IMG/VR virus record: IMGVR_UViG_3300045988_113022
Source of the DNA: a virus
Reading direction: 5' to 3' (one strand)
Length of the DNA: 32,829 nucleotides
The position numbers were made by a program, and so were the translations under genes. Under the pieces are notes generated by a model that searched no databases, was not told the origin of the DNA, and worked only from the letters and a program-made list of their open reading frames with translations. Shown here in pieces: positions 32,140 to 32,829 of the stretch; within the stretch, counting starts at the first letter, position 1, and each line of letters opens with the position of its first letter.

Positions 32140-32829
32140 CCGCATACAGGCAATCACCGCTCCCGAGCAGCTATTTGACACAGAGTTGCTTCTTGACGTG
32201 TTCGATGAGGAAAATCCGCCCGAAGAACAGGCAAGGCTTGTTTCCGTGATGAGTATAAAGGCAAGAATGCTTGGAGTATACAAAGAATTTGCGGCAACGA
32301 TAAAAGCGTTCCAGAAGGCGCAACAGAAGTTGGCTAACGAGTACCAGCGGATAAATGCAAAGCAAAACGGCGGTATGATTTTGGATTTTGCGAGTGACGG
32401 AAAACCGCTAGCAACGATTGACAATTTTGTGCAGGTAATCGAAAACGACAGCAAGTTTGATAATCTGCGGTTTAATCTGTTGACCGAAAGCCCTGAAAAA
32501 ATAATTGACGGCAAAGCAGAGCGGTGGACAGATGCGGACGATGCCGAATTAAGGCGGTACATAGAAAAGAAGTATAAATTCCATTCGGCGCAGAAAAGCG
32601 ATGATGCGTTGAGGATAGTCCTTAAAGGTCGGCAATATCACCCGATAAGGCAGTTGATTGACCATTTCGAGTGGGACGGTGTAAGCAGGATAAACACATT
32701 CCTCACGAAGTGGACGAAATGCGATGATAACGAGTATACACGGGAAGTATCACGCTTAATCTTTTCAGGCGGCATTCATAGACTATATAATCCAGGCTGT
32801 AAATTTGACGATATGGCGGTTTTTATTGG
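32126..32829 (+). CDS. VirE-family replication protein, N-terminal part (open at the window end, continues at nt 1)
   Basis: ATG after GAGGA. The frame is open to the last nucleotide, and the track omits it because there is no stop. HPIRQLIDHFEWDGVSRINTFL is the typical VirE N-terminal block. Joined with 1..821 it gives about 489 aa. Confidence 0.8.
   Translation, partial: MMDDNRIQAITAPEQLFDTELLLDVFDEENPPEEQARLVSVMSIKARMLGVYKEFAATIKAFQKAQQKLANEYQRINAKQNGGMILDFASDGKPLATIDNFVQVIENDSKFDNLRFNLLTESPEKIIDGKAERWTDADDAELRRYIEKKYKFHSAQKSDDALRIVLKGRQYHPIRQLIDHFEWDGVSRINTFLTKWTKCDDNEYTREVSRLIFSGGIHRLYNPGCKFDDMAVFI
32775..32829. repeat. Terminal direct repeat identical to 1..55
   Basis: Exact 55-nt identity with the window start. 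Confidence 0.9.

Noticed and set aside
1-32829. tRNA, tmRNA, integrase, repressor/Cro switch, reverse transcriptase/DGR, toxin-antitoxin pairs
   Set aside because: I looked for cloverleaf-like GC-rich ~75-nt segments, tyrosine/serine recombinase motifs, divergent HTH pairs and RT motifs, and found none. A computational scan (tRNAscan-SE, profile HMMs) is needed to confirm their absence.

Overview
This 32,829-nt window is a complete tailed-phage genome of siphovirus type. The first 55 nt recur exactly as the last 55 nt, so the unique length is 32,774 nt, and a VirE-family replication gene reads in frame across that join. Every credible gene is on the + strand, and I found no integrase, repressor or tRNA. 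Gene order: (i) an iteron/AT-rich element followed by an unusual accessory island at 1.3-6.8 kb, containing a ParB-like domain protein, a GT-A-like glycosyltransferase, a C-terminally truncated nucleotide-sugar dehydrogenase, an orphan MgsA_C domain, a radical SAM cassette and a DPPY methyltransferase; (ii) packaging, head and tail genes at 5.5-21.5 kb (terS, terL, portal, MuF-like, scaffold, capsid, major tail, G/GT frameshift chaperones, tape measure, large tail protein); (iii) a lysis cassette at 21.5-23.3 kb (holin, M23 + 2xSH3 endolysin) plus a small sigma region-4-like protein; (iv) an early and replication-recombination region from 23.6 kb through the junction (YopX, Lar-like, AAA_24 ATPase, DUF669 SSB-like, TM2, ERCC4 nuclease, DUF5664 NTP-pyrophosphohydrolase-like, CHC2 zinc finger, VirE). 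The main observations are the candidate glycosylation/hypermodification island; two paralogous iteron-plus-inverted-repeat elements, one of them inside the morphogenesis operon; a group I intron with an HNH homing endonuclease splitting the tape measure gene at a conserved motif; a 220-nt G/T-rich tract with 5-nt GG periodicity; a radical SAM cassette flanked by a duplicated terS 5' end; near-absence of GATC and GGCC; and a structured terminator-containing leader ahead of the primase genes. All functional calls rest on motif and pattern recognition by eye, with no database search.
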